NCBI GenBank assembly: GCA_035528115.1
Contig: DATKZF010000001.1
Coordinates: forward strand, 226,312 to 266,694
From: Candidatus Bipolaricaulota bacterium
GTDB lineage: Bacteria > Patescibacteriota > Patescibacteriia > UBA11705 > DATKZF01
DNA: 40,383 nucleotides
Direction: 5' to 3'
The notes below the pieces were generated by a model. It was given only the letters and a program-made list of their open reading frames with translations, had not been told where the DNA came from and made no database searches. Shown here in pieces: positions 24,541 to 32,804 of this stretch (positions within the stretch are counted from its first letter, which is position 1; every line of letters begins with the position of its first letter). The position numbers and the translations under genes are program-made.

Positions 24541-26079
24541 TTATAAAATATTTCTGGCGCCGGACAAATAATTCAAAAACACCTTTAGAATCATGGCGTC
24601 GGTCATGAATTCTATGGGCGCCAGGTTGTCCGTCAAAATCATCTCCTCATCGAATCCGCCCAACTCAATTACATTATATAACTTTTCTTTGTATTTTTCT
24701 AAATTTTCATCAACATCCGCGCCGCTCAGATCAAAATTCATTTCTTTATCCGAGGCAAACACCAAATAATTGTAAGTTCCCTCGATCGGCAAAACCTTGA
24801 CTTGCGCGTAATTTTTGCGAATGGTCTGCGAAATTTTCTGTAAAAGTTCGGACGACCAGCCCGCCGCGTTGATATTCATGGCCAAGATGCCTCCTTCATT
24901 CAATCTCGTTTTGGTCGATTGAAAAAATTCGTCGGTCGTCAAATGAAACGGAATAAAAAGCTGTTTGGAATACGCGTCAATGATCATGTAATCGTATTTT
25001 TTGTCGGTTTGGTTTAAAAAAACCCGGCCGTCGCGTACGATTTTATTTATTTCCGGCTCGTTTAAATCAAAATATTTTTCAGCCGCGCCGAGCACTTCCT
25101 TGTCTATTTCAACCAAATCGATATTGACTTTCGGCCTCCAAAAGCTGACCAACTGCTTGGCGGCCGTGCCGCCTCCCCCGCCGATCATCAAAAAATTTTT
25201 ATCCGCATCTTCTTGGCCGTTCAAGTATGGCAGCAAGTTGAAAAAATCATAATAACTGTCTCCGGTCAAAAAATGCGGCCGGTCGAAATTAATGTATGAT
25301 TGGACTCCGGAACCGTCATTGAACTGCAAAAACCGCCATCCGTCTTTTTCACTGACCCAAACATATTGATAAGGCGTTTCTTTTTCGAAAATAATATTCT
25401 TCTCGGGCGCGGCCAAAGCCGGGCGGACGAGGAAAAGAAAATAAACCATCAAGGGCAAAATAAAAACCAAGGCCAACAGTTTGTATTTTTTAGGAAAATA
25501 CAGTCCGGCCAAAATTATCAGCGTCGCCGCGCAAATAAGCACGGTTTGCATGCTGCCCAAAAATGGCACGGTGACGAAAGTGGAAGCGAACACTCCGAAG
25601 ATGCTGCCCAAAGTCGACCAAGCGAAAATATTGCCCGCTGTTTTGCCCGTGGTTTCCACGCTCGAATTGACGATTCGGATGACAAACGGGGAAGACATGC
25701 CCAAAATAATCAGCGGACAGGCCAAGGCGAACAAAATCAGCCAAAAGTTGGCCAAGGCGAACAAAAACATTGAAGAAACATTGAGCGCGTTCAAAAAGAA
25801 AACCGCCATGGGTTTGAAAAACAATGGCAAAAACGATAAAAAAAGGCCGCAGAAAAAAACCGCGCCCGCCAAGACCGGAAGTTCCGGCCGCTTATCCGCC
25901 AATTTTCCGCCCAGCCAGTAACCTATGGCCAAAGCGATCATGACCACGGCGATGATATTGCCCCAAACGAAAATCGAGGTGCCGAAATACGGAGCGATCA
26001 GTCTGGACGCGGTCAATTCGACGGCCATGATTACGGCGCCGGTTATGAATACGAAAAAATTGGCTGAGAGTTTGGACAT
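24541..26079 (-). CDS. Fused membrane domain / spermidine synthase-like aminopropyltransferase
   Basis: 512 aa. The N-terminal half is polytopic. The C-terminal half has a GGGGGTAAKQL SAM-binding motif and IIDAYS. Confidence 0.75.
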   Translation of the reverse strand: MSKLSANFFVFITGAVIMAVELTASRLIAPYFGTSIFVWGNIIAVVMIALAIGYWLGGKLADKRPELPVLAGAVFFCGLFLSFLPLFFKPMAVFFLNALNVSSMFLFALANFWLILFALACPLIILGMSSPFVIRIVNSSVETTGKTAGNIFAWSTLGSIFGVFASTFVTVPFLGSMQTVLICAATLIILAGLYFPKKYKLLALVFILPLMVYFLFLVRPALAAPEKNIIFEKETPYQYVWVSEKDGWRFLQFNDGSGVQSYINFDRPHFLTGDSYYDFFNLLPYLNGQEDADKNFLMIGGGGGTAAKQLVSFWRPKVNIDLVEIDKEVLGAAEKYFDLNEPEINKIVRDGRVFLNQTDKKYDYMIIDAYSKQLFIPFHLTTDEFFQSTKTRLNEGGILAMNINAAGWSSELLQKISQTIRKNYAQVKVLPIEGTYNYLVFASDKEMNFDLSGADVDENLEKYKEKLYNVIELGGFDEEMILTDNLAPIEFMTDAMILKVFLNYLSGARNIL

Positions 26080-26300
26080 AATTTATAGGGCTATTTAGGG
26101 GGCTACGGGGCAAAGAAGTAAATAAGGCAATAAGACAAACTAAAAAATCTAAATCTTGATTAAACTTTAAAAACGTTACGGATCCTTGAATTTTATTTTT
26201 TTACATTATTCAGTAACTTAATAATTTAAAATAATAATTTTTTAAACCGCCCTCTTTTTATCTATCGCCTTCTAAACATCTCAAGCCTTATCTAGCCCTC

Positions 26301-28055
26301 TTAAGCCTTCTTCTTCATATCAACTATCTTCATCTGCAAATCAAACCGCCCGTTCCATTGACTGTCGCTTAACTCCACTATAACACAAAGTTTGTCTCCC
26401 GGCTTTATTTTACCGACGAAATTGGGCGCGATGCCAAAACCGATCATTTTTTTAACAAAAGGCAGGTCTCCTCTAACCGATAATTTCAAATGCTTGCCTG
26501 TTTTCCCCACGGATTCATAACTGATCAATTCAACGTCATTGACGAGAAAGCGAGGCTTGGAATTGCCTTCTCCGAAAGGTTCCAGCGCTTCGATCTCGCG
26601 GCACAGCGATTCGTTCATTTCTTCGAGCGGAATCTGAGCGTCAATATTTATTATCGCCGAAGTATCGACATCTTCAAGTTTTGAACCCGCAAAAAGAGAC
26701 AGTTTTTCACGAAAAAACACCAAGTGTTGTTCGCTGATGATCGTAAAACCGCAAGCTTGGGCGTGACCGCCGAAACGACTCAAATGCTCGGTCACTTCAA
26801 GCAAGGCTTTGGTGATATTGAAATTGGCCACGCTTCGCCCGGATCCGACGATTTGATCTTTGACTTTGGTCATGACCATGGTAGGCGCGCCCAGCTCGTC
26901 CGTTAATTTGCCGGCCACCAGTCCGACCACGCCGGCCGACCAATTTTCGCCGTAAGCGAAAAATATTTTCGATTCCTTTTGAGTTTTTATCTGCGCCCTG
27001 GCTTCGCCGACTATTTGCTCGGTAATTTGCTGGCGTTCCGTATTAATGCTGTTCAAAAGACCGGATAAATGCGCGGCTCGATCATGATCCTTGGTGGTCA
27101 AAAGCTCAAACGACAAATTGGCGTGGGACAATCTGCCGGCCGCGTTCAGACGCGGCCCGATAATAAAACCGATGGTTTGAGTATCTATTTTGGAAATATC
27201 GATTCTGGATTGCTTAAAAAGTTCAAGCAAACCGGGACGCCTCGTTTTTCTCAAAACGATCAGACCGTATTTGGTCAAAGCCCTGTTCTCGCCGATTAGC
27301 GGCGCGATATCCGCCACCGTGCCGATGGCCACCAGATCAAGCAGCCATTTTTTCAAACCGCCCAAACCGCCGAAACAATCCAAATTCGATTTATCAAGCG
27401 GCAAAACATTGTTTTTTTCCTGATAATCCATTAAACCGCAAGACAATTTATAAGCTATGCCCGCGCCGGACAAATATTTGCAAGGATATGTGTCTTTTGC
27501 CAATTTCGGATCCAAAATGGCGTCCGCCTCAGGCAATTCGGGCGGGATCTCGTGATGATCCGTGACAATCACCTTCATGCCTTTTTCTTTGGCCAAAGCG
27601 ACTTCCTTGACATTGCTGATGCCGCAATCGACCGTAATGATAAGATCGATTTTTTCTTGGCTGAATTTTTCAATGGTTTTGGCGTTAATGCCATAGCCGT
27701 CTTCTTCGCGGTGAGGCAAAAAAACTCCGACATCGGCTCCCAAAATCTTTAAGGTTTCATAAATCACGGCCGCGGAGGTGACGCCGTCCGCGTCATAATC
27801 TCCGTGAACAACTATTTTGTTCTTGTCTAAAATTGCCTGAACAACTATTTTAACCGCCTTTTCCATGTCTTTGAATAAAAACGGATCATGAATGTCGTTT
27901 TCATAATCAGATCTTAAAAAACGCTCAATGTCCTCTTGAGTTTTTATGCCTCTGCTGTATAATAATTGCAAAGCAATCAAAGAGACGTTTGTATCTTTAT
28001 TCGCTTCAAGGAAGTCTTCGGGTGCCTTCTCGGCGATGACCCATTTCTTTTTCAT
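26301..28055 (-). CDS. recJ: Single-stranded-DNA-specific exonuclease RecJ
   Basis: 584 aa. DHH motifs HGDYDADGVTS, TVDCG and VTDHHE are present, plus a DHHA1 domain. Confidence 0.9.
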   Translation of the reverse strand: MKKKWVIAEKAPEDFLEANKDTNVSLIALQLLYSRGIKTQEDIERFLRSDYENDIHDPFLFKDMEKAVKIVVQAILDKNKIVVHGDYDADGVTSAAVIYETLKILGADVGVFLPHREEDGYGINAKTIEKFSQEKIDLIITVDCGISNVKEVALAKEKGMKVIVTDHHEIPPELPEADAILDPKLAKDTYPCKYLSGAGIAYKLSCGLMDYQEKNNVLPLDKSNLDCFGGLGGLKKWLLDLVAIGTVADIAPLIGENRALTKYGLIVLRKTRRPGLLELFKQSRIDISKIDTQTIGFIIGPRLNAAGRLSHANLSFELLTTKDHDRAAHLSGLLNSINTERQQITEQIVGEARAQIKTQKESKIFFAYGENWSAGVVGLVAGKLTDELGAPTMVMTKVKDQIVGSGRSVANFNITKALLEVTEHLSRFGGHAQACGFTIISEQHLVFFREKLSLFAGSKLEDVDTSAIINIDAQIPLEEMNESLCREIEALEPFGEGNSKPRFLVNDVELISYESVGKTGKHLKLSVRGDLPFVKKMIGFGIAPNFVGKIKPGDKLCVIVELSDSQWNGRFDLQMKIVDMKKKA

Positions 28056-28069
28056 ATTTTACCTTTTTG

Positions 28070-28118
28070 ATTCATGTTCCATGATTTATGTTTCATGATT
28101 CATGATACGTGATACATG
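28070..28118. repeat. Heptamer repeat locus E4 (7 units)
   Basis: attcatg|ttccatg|atttatg|tttcatg|attcatg|atacgtg|atacatg. It starts 15 nt upstream of the recJ start codon. Confidence 0.65.
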
Positions 28119-28136
28119 AATATTAACCATTTTACT

Positions 28137-28235
28137 ATGAACATAAAACAAAAACAACGCCTCGTTTGGGGCATACTGGTCGCGATCATGGTATTTTCCA
28201 TGCTCCTGTGGACAATCGCGCCGGCTTTTTATTAA
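28137..28235 (+). CDS. Possible 32-aa single-TM micro-protein
   Basis: Manual translation gives MNIKQKQRLVWGILVAIMVFSMLLWTIAPAFY*. A bidirectional terminator follows. No SD sequence seen. Confidence 0.3.
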   Translation: MNIKQKQRLVWGILVAIMVFSMLLWTIAPAFY

Positions 28236-28252
28236 ACAACGGCTAAACAAAC

Positions 28253-28285
28253 AAAAAAAATTCCTCGATTTGAGGAATTTTTTTA
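28253..28285. terminator. Bidirectional rho-independent terminator (lepA and the micro-ORF)
   Basis: AATTCCTC-gattt-GAGGAATT stem flanked by A8 and T8 runs. Confidence 0.75.
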
Positions 28286-28330
28286 TTATATTCGCATCAT
28301 TAGCGCAAAATTTGCATAATTCGTATAGGC

Positions 28331-30154
28331 TTATCGTTTCAGCACCGCGATGAACGCCTCAGGCGGAATATTCACCCTGCCTTTGCCCATGGCCATCATT
28401 TTCTTCTTGCCTTTCTTTTGCTTTTCCAAAAGTTTTGATTTTCTGGTCCAATCGCCGCCATATAAGTTAGCCGTAACATCCTTTTTCATGGCGGAAATTC
28501 TCTCGGCCGCGATGATTTTGCCGCCGACCGCGGCCTGCAATTTGATCACGAACATTTGCCGCGGAATGGATTCTTTCAGTTTTTGCACGATTTTCTTGCC
28601 TTCCTTGAACGCCTCGTCGCGATAAACAATGGTGGAAAACGCGTCCACTTTTTCTTCGGCGATCAAAATGTCCAATTTGACCACGTCGGTCGATTCATAA
28701 TGAGCGAGTTCGTAATTCATGGAAGCGTAACCCGAGCTGACCGTTTTCAATTGATCGTAAAAATCAACGATCACTTTGGCCAGCGGCATGCGGTAATGCA
28801 AAAGCGCGGTGCTGTCATCAATATATTCCGTATTCAAATACTCTCCTCTTTTATCCTGCACCAGCGACATGACATTGCCGATAAAATCTTTCGGCGAGAT
28901 AATATCGACTTTCATGATCGGTTCCTCGACTTTCTCTGAGATCGAAACCTCCGGCAGGTCATTCGGGTTATTGATAATGTATTCGCGCTCGGACAATATT
29001 TGTTTCGGTTTGACGTCTTTGGGCATTTTATTACCCGGTCGCAAAGTAATTTTAAACGCCACGCTGGGCACGGTGACCATGATGTCCAGATTGAATTCTC
29101 GGCGCAGTCGTTCCTGAAATATTTCCAGATGAAGCAATCCCAAAAAACCGCAACGGAAACCAAGCCCGAGCACGGGCGAATTCTCCGGTTCGTAAACCAA
29201 AGCCGCGTCGTTTAATTTCAATTTGGAAACAGCTTCGCGCAAATCATTGAAGTCAGAACCTTCTTTGCAAAAAATACCGGCGTACACCATCGGTTTTACC
29301 TGCTTGTATCCCAGCAAAGGCCGGGGCGTCGGATTTTTCAGCGAAGTGATGGTATCTCCGACCTGGCACAATTCAATATCTTTCAACGCGGTGATTACGT
29401 AACCGACATCGCCCGCTTTCAGTTCCGACGCGACGGTCAAAGCCGGTTTCAATACGCCGACTTCGAGCGCTTCGCTTTCTTTGGCCGGGTTCATGAATAA
29501 AATTTTATCGCCTTGAGCCAATTTGCCGTTCATCACTCGTATATAAGCGACGACGCCTCTGTATTCATCATAAAACGAATCGAATATAAGCGCCTGCAAT
29601 TTATCATCAACATTGCCCTTTGGCGCGGGCACTTTTTCAATGATCCGATCAAGCAATTCGAGCACGCCCTGGCCGGTTTTGCCGGAAACGAGCAAAATCT
29701 CGTCTTCCTGGCAACCGATCAAATTCATCAATTCTTTTTTCGTTTTTGCAATATCGGCGGCGGGCAAATCAATTTTATTTAGCACGGGAATGATTTCCAA
29801 ATTCGATTCGAGCGCCAAATACAAATTCGTCAAAGTCTGGGCCTGCACGCCTTGCGTGGCGTCAACCAATAAAATCGCGCCTTCGACCGCGGCCAAGGAT
29901 CGCGAAACTTCGTAGCTAAAATCAACGTGACCCGGAGTATCAATCAAATTCAAAATATAATCCTTGTACAACATCTGCGCTGGCTGAAGTTTAATGGTAA
30001 TGCCGCGTTCGCGTTCAAGATCCATCGAATCCAAAATCTGCTCTTTCATTTTTCGTTTCTCAACAGTTCCGGTCAATTCCAAAAGCCGATCGGCCAGAGT
30101 GGATTTTCCGTGATCTATGTGAGCAATAATGCAGAAATTTCGGATGTTATTCAT
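28331..30154 (-). CDS. lepA: Translation elongation factor 4 (LepA)
   Basis: Begins MNNIRNFCIIAHIDHGKSTLADRLL and has the LepA C-terminal domain. The track start is a GTG at 30187. Confidence 0.92.
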   Translation of the reverse strand: MNNIRNFCIIAHIDHGKSTLADRLLELTGTVEKRKMKEQILDSMDLERERGITIKLQPAQMLYKDYILNLIDTPGHVDFSYEVSRSLAAVEGAILLVDATQGVQAQTLTNLYLALESNLEIIPVLNKIDLPAADIAKTKKELMNLIGCQEDEILLVSGKTGQGVLELLDRIIEKVPAPKGNVDDKLQALIFDSFYDEYRGVVAYIRVMNGKLAQGDKILFMNPAKESEALEVGVLKPALTVASELKAGDVGYVITALKDIELCQVGDTITSLKNPTPRPLLGYKQVKPMVYAGIFCKEGSDFNDLREAVSKLKLNDAALVYEPENSPVLGLGFRCGFLGLLHLEIFQERLRREFNLDIMVTVPSVAFKITLRPGNKMPKDVKPKQILSEREYIINNPNDLPEVSISEKVEEPIMKVDIISPKDFIGNVMSLVQDKRGEYLNTEYIDDSTALLHYRMPLAKVIVDFYDQLKTVSSGYASMNYELAHYESTDVVKLDILIAEEKVDAFSTIVYRDEAFKEGKKIVQKLKESIPRQMFVIKLQAAVGGKIIAAERISAMKKDVTANLYGGDWTRKSKLLEKQKKGKKKMMAMGKGRVNIPPEAFIAVLKR

Positions 30155-30289
30155 ATATATAAACAAAGATTGAATGAATTTTAACACAATTTCCTATAAA
30201 AAACAAGGATGAAAAACCTGCCAATCAATTATTTAAAAAAAATTAAAGGCCCATTGATGTGATCGCCGGGCCGGGTGATGGTTCAGTCG

Positions 30290-30586
30290 CTATAGAAATA
30301 TTCCTGAACAATCCTCGCGCTCCATCAGATGGTCAATGTTCAGAAGACCCTTGCGGGTTACGAAGGTTCCTCCGGTATCTCCGGGTCTGTGCGGGAAGCA
30401 CAGAGAGAAGTTGAACACCTCCCTTTTTTTGCCGTAAAAATGACCTCCACTGATTTCGAACTCTCCGTTGAAACTCTTCGCCTTGTCTTCGAAGACAAGT
30501 CTGACAGGCTGTCCGTCGAATATGGCCAGTATCATGTCCCATCGGCCCGGACCGTTCACAATCTCCAGCGTGTTTTTGGGAGTCAT
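30290..30586 (-). CDS. Hypothetical protein, GC-rich island 3 (98 aa)
   Basis: ATG start preceded by GGAGG with a 6-nt spacer. I recognise no family. Confidence 0.5.
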   Translation of the reverse strand: MTPKNTLEIVNGPGRWDMILAIFDGQPVRLVFEDKAKSFNGEFEISGGHFYGKKREVFNFSLCFPHRPGDTGGTFVTRKGLLNIDHLMEREDCSGIFL

Positions 30587-30707
30587 CCGACGCCTCCTTG
30601 AATCAGCGGTTTCTTTATTGAGGCAGAAACCCGAGCCCCCTTATCCTTTGAGGACGACCTACCCATCCGAGGGAGTTCTCCCAAGCGGGATGACGCGGCC
30701 TGCTTGA

Positions 30708-31058
30708 TTACAGCCGCGAATTGCCGTGCCGATCAGGCTCCAACGCCTCTTTGACCGAACAGTAGCCGTCAGCGACCAGCTCCGACAGCAGGAGCTCACG
30801 CTCGCCCCCGATTTCCCCCTCGAAAAACATATGGCTGACCGGCCGACCATCATCTTCGAGAAGCTGGATCACGGGATCGGATGCTTCCGGATCTTTCACC
30901 TGGACGCATCTGCTCCAACATCTTTCGCCCACGCAGATGATGGGCGGACTATGCCCGCAGAAAGAAAGCACTGCCCTAAAATCGCAGTGCGCGATCTTCT
31001 GGGCGACATTCCAATGCCTGCCAAAGATGGCCTCATCCGATCTGGCTTGTTCACTCAT
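30708..31058 (-). CDS. Hypothetical Cys/His-containing protein, GC-rich island 3 (116 aa)
   Basis: The ATG overlaps the recombinase TGA (ATGA). Contains HCDF...FCGHSPPIICVGERCWSRC. I recognise no family. Confidence 0.45.
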   Translation of the reverse strand: MSEQARSDEAIFGRHWNVAQKIAHCDFRAVLSFCGHSPPIICVGERCWSRCVQVKDPEASDPVIQLLEDDGRPVSHMFFEGEIGGERELLLSELVADGYCSVKEALEPDRHGNSRL

Positions 31059-31888
31059 TTTTCCCCTCCTGAAGTGGGATTGCTATTGCCAAGGCCAGTC
31101 CACTGCGGGGATGTCACTTGAGTGTAAATCTGAGTGGTGCGAATATTCTGATGTCCCGAAAGCTCCTGGACATAGCGAATACTGACTCCGTTTTCGAGTA
31201 AATGGGTGGCAAAGCTGTGGCGGAGCGAATGAAAAGTGGCGTCTTTTTTTATATTCGTTTTCTTTAACGCTTTTTCAAATATCAGCTGGGCCGTTCGAGA
31301 AGTCAACTTCCCTCCCCTCTCGCTTTCAAAAACCAATTCGTCTTTGCCTTTGCCGGCGATCAAATTCAGTAGGTCATTTTTTAATTTTTCCGGAAAAATG
31401 GTCAGGCGATCTTTTCCGCCTTTAGCTTTTTTAACGTGAATGAATAATTGATTCAGATCCAAATCCTTAACCTTCAAATTTATCACCTCGCTCACTCGAA
31501 GGCCGGCGCCGTAAGCGATAGAAACCAATAATTTGTGTTTTTGATTATTGATGGTGTTCATTAACTCGGAAATTTCGGAGCGAGACAGAACCACGGGCAA
31601 TTTTTTCGATCTTTTGGCGAATTTGATATCTATTTTTTGATCTGACTTGATTACCTCATGATAAAAATATTTGATGGAATTCAAATATAGATTCACGGTT
31701 TGCGAAGAAAACCCTTTATCATATTTTTTTAACAAAAATTCCTTAATGGATTGAATATCAAGTTGTTCAAAATCAAGCTTCTTGTAATTGAAATAATCTC
31801 GCAGGCATAAAAGATAGCTTTTGGTTGTTTTAGGACTGTAATTGCGCAATCGCAATTCAATCTTCACCGCGTCCAAATATTTTTGCAT
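31055..31888 (-). CDS. Tyrosine site-specific recombinase, compact Xer-like (277 aa)
   Basis: SAM-like N-terminal domain (RLRNYSPKTTKSYLLCLRDYF). Catalytic motifs are AGLRVSE, KGGKDR, HSLRHSFATHLL and GHQNIRTTQIYTQV. The last 18 codons lie in GC-rich DNA. Confidence 0.88.
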   Translation of the reverse strand: MQKYLDAVKIELRLRNYSPKTTKSYLLCLRDYFNYKKLDFEQLDIQSIKEFLLKKYDKGFSSQTVNLYLNSIKYFYHEVIKSDQKIDIKFAKRSKKLPVVLSRSEISELMNTINNQKHKLLVSIAYGAGLRVSEVINLKVKDLDLNQLFIHVKKAKGGKDRLTIFPEKLKNDLLNLIAGKGKDELVFESERGGKLTSRTAQLIFEKALKKTNIKKDATFHSLRHSFATHLLENGVSIRYVQELSGHQNIRTTQIYTQVTSPQWTGLGNSNPTSGGEK

Positions 31889-31944
31889 AAATTGAGATTT
31901 TTTGATAAAATTATATCCGGAACATAGAATAAATTTATCATAAA

Positions 31945-32007
31945 TTCACATAACAAACAAAATCGGACGCATTATGCGAAATGTTTTCGCATAGAAACCA
32001 GTTAGGC
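31945..32007 (+). other. Primary (attI-like) recombination site A
   Basis: TTCACATAAC box (31945-31954), a small hairpin ATGCGAAA-tgt-TTTCGCAT, then AGAAACCA-GTTAGGC (32001-32007, which matches GTTRRRY). Confidence 0.5.
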
Positions 32008-32041
32008 AAAATGTGGCACAAATTTTTTAACTTTAATTCAC

Positions 32042-32482
32042 ATGAGTATGTCAATTGAACATCGAGAGAATCCTCCACAGAGAGAGCTAATAGTAACAAC
32101 TGTCGATTTATCCAAAGGCTGGGATACCGAATCCATGCGCGATATTCTAATCGAACGGCTAAAAGAGCTTGGTATCTATCAGCCAAACCTGCTTTTTAGA
32201 GGTTTTGATGGTAATAAAATAGAAGTTATCAAACAACATGGGACAGACATTCCTGATGATACAGTTATTTTTTGCTCTACCGAAGGCCAACTTGTTGATG
32301 AATATGCAATGGAAGAATCAGCACTAGATTTTTCTTTAGGACAAGAAAAAGCAGGTTTGGCTGTATACGATGGGGCCAGACTCTTTAAAGATAGTAGTAA
32401 ATATGGTTCAGGATATGAATACCAACCAAAAAAGGGAACCAGTTTTAAGGAGGCTCTTTTAGCCGTTCTGATTTTGGAGTAA
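32042..32482 (+). CDS. Hypothetical protein, cassette 1 (146 aa)
   Basis: ORF with an ATG start. The stop abuts site B. I recognise no family. Confidence 0.55.
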   Translation: MSMSIEHRENPPQRELIVTTVDLSKGWDTESMRDILIERLKELGIYQPNLLFRGFDGNKIEVIKQHGTDIPDDTVIFCSTEGQLVDEYAMEESALDFSLGQEKAGLAVYDGARLFKDSSKYGSGYEYQPKKGTSFKEALLAVLILE

Positions 32483-32647
32483 AATTTGTGCCACACATCG
32501 CCTAACACGCAGTATGCGACTACGTTTTGCTCCGTTTCACTCCGCAAAACTCCGTCCATGTTTGCCCGTGGTAAGCTCCCGCTGGTCGCAAATTTTACCA
32601 CGGGCAAACATCGCATACTGCGAAACGTTATGTGAAATGCATGTTTT
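32481..32647 (+). other. attC/dif-like folded site B (end of cassette 1 / start of cassette 2)
   Basis: GCCTAAC (32500-32506). A 12-bp stem pairs 32508-32519 with 32611-32622. Internal hairpins are at 32524-32550 and 32558-32611 (17 bp). It ends CGAAAC-GTTATGTGAAAT (32621-32638). Confidence 0.6.
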
Positions 32648-32804
32648 ACTTTTGGGCTATCGCCCAGCTCTAAAAAAGAATTTGAATTTTGTTTTTTTAT
32701 TTATTAGAAAGGGGTATAAGGTTTTTTCTCCGCTCCGCTACGAAAACGATTTATTTATAAGGGGAAAACGAATACAATAACATTGCTTAACATGAAAAGA
32801 ATTT

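Noticed and set aside
26080-26300. Scanned the larger intergenic gaps (26080-26300, 19236-19335, 21478-21625, 30155-30289) for tRNA or other small RNA genes.
   Set aside because: I could not draw a cloverleaf with acceptor and T-arm features. 19258-19310 and 21547-21572 are simple hairpins that are probably transcript-end structures. A tRNAscan/Infernal run would be needed to be certain.
28070-28118. Considered whether the short tandem repeats could be a CRISPR array or a coding repeat.
   Set aside because: The units are 7 nt with no spacers, and there are no cas genes. No ORF spans them consistently. They are classified as heptamer microsatellite-like repeats.
31938-32186. 82-aa minus-strand ORF spanning the attI-like site and the start of cassette 1, and the 145-aa minus-strand ORF at 32179-32616 across site B.
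   Set aside because: They overlap the better-supported plus-strand 146-aa ORF and the structured sites, and they have no signals. They are probably artefacts of the palindromic sequence.
32611-32638. Reading B (and C at 40227-40254) as a canonical 28-bp dif site (11-6-11), which would make cassette 2 an IMEX integrated at the chromosomal dif.
   Set aside because: Only the XerD-like arm is convincing. The putative XerC-arm core (CGCATA in B, CAGATA in C) sits 10 nt from TTATG rather than the 7 nt seen in E. coli dif, and it differs between B and C. The permuted long hairpin arms fit an attC-like folded substrate better. This reading is kept as an alternative within the main finding rather than as a separate call.
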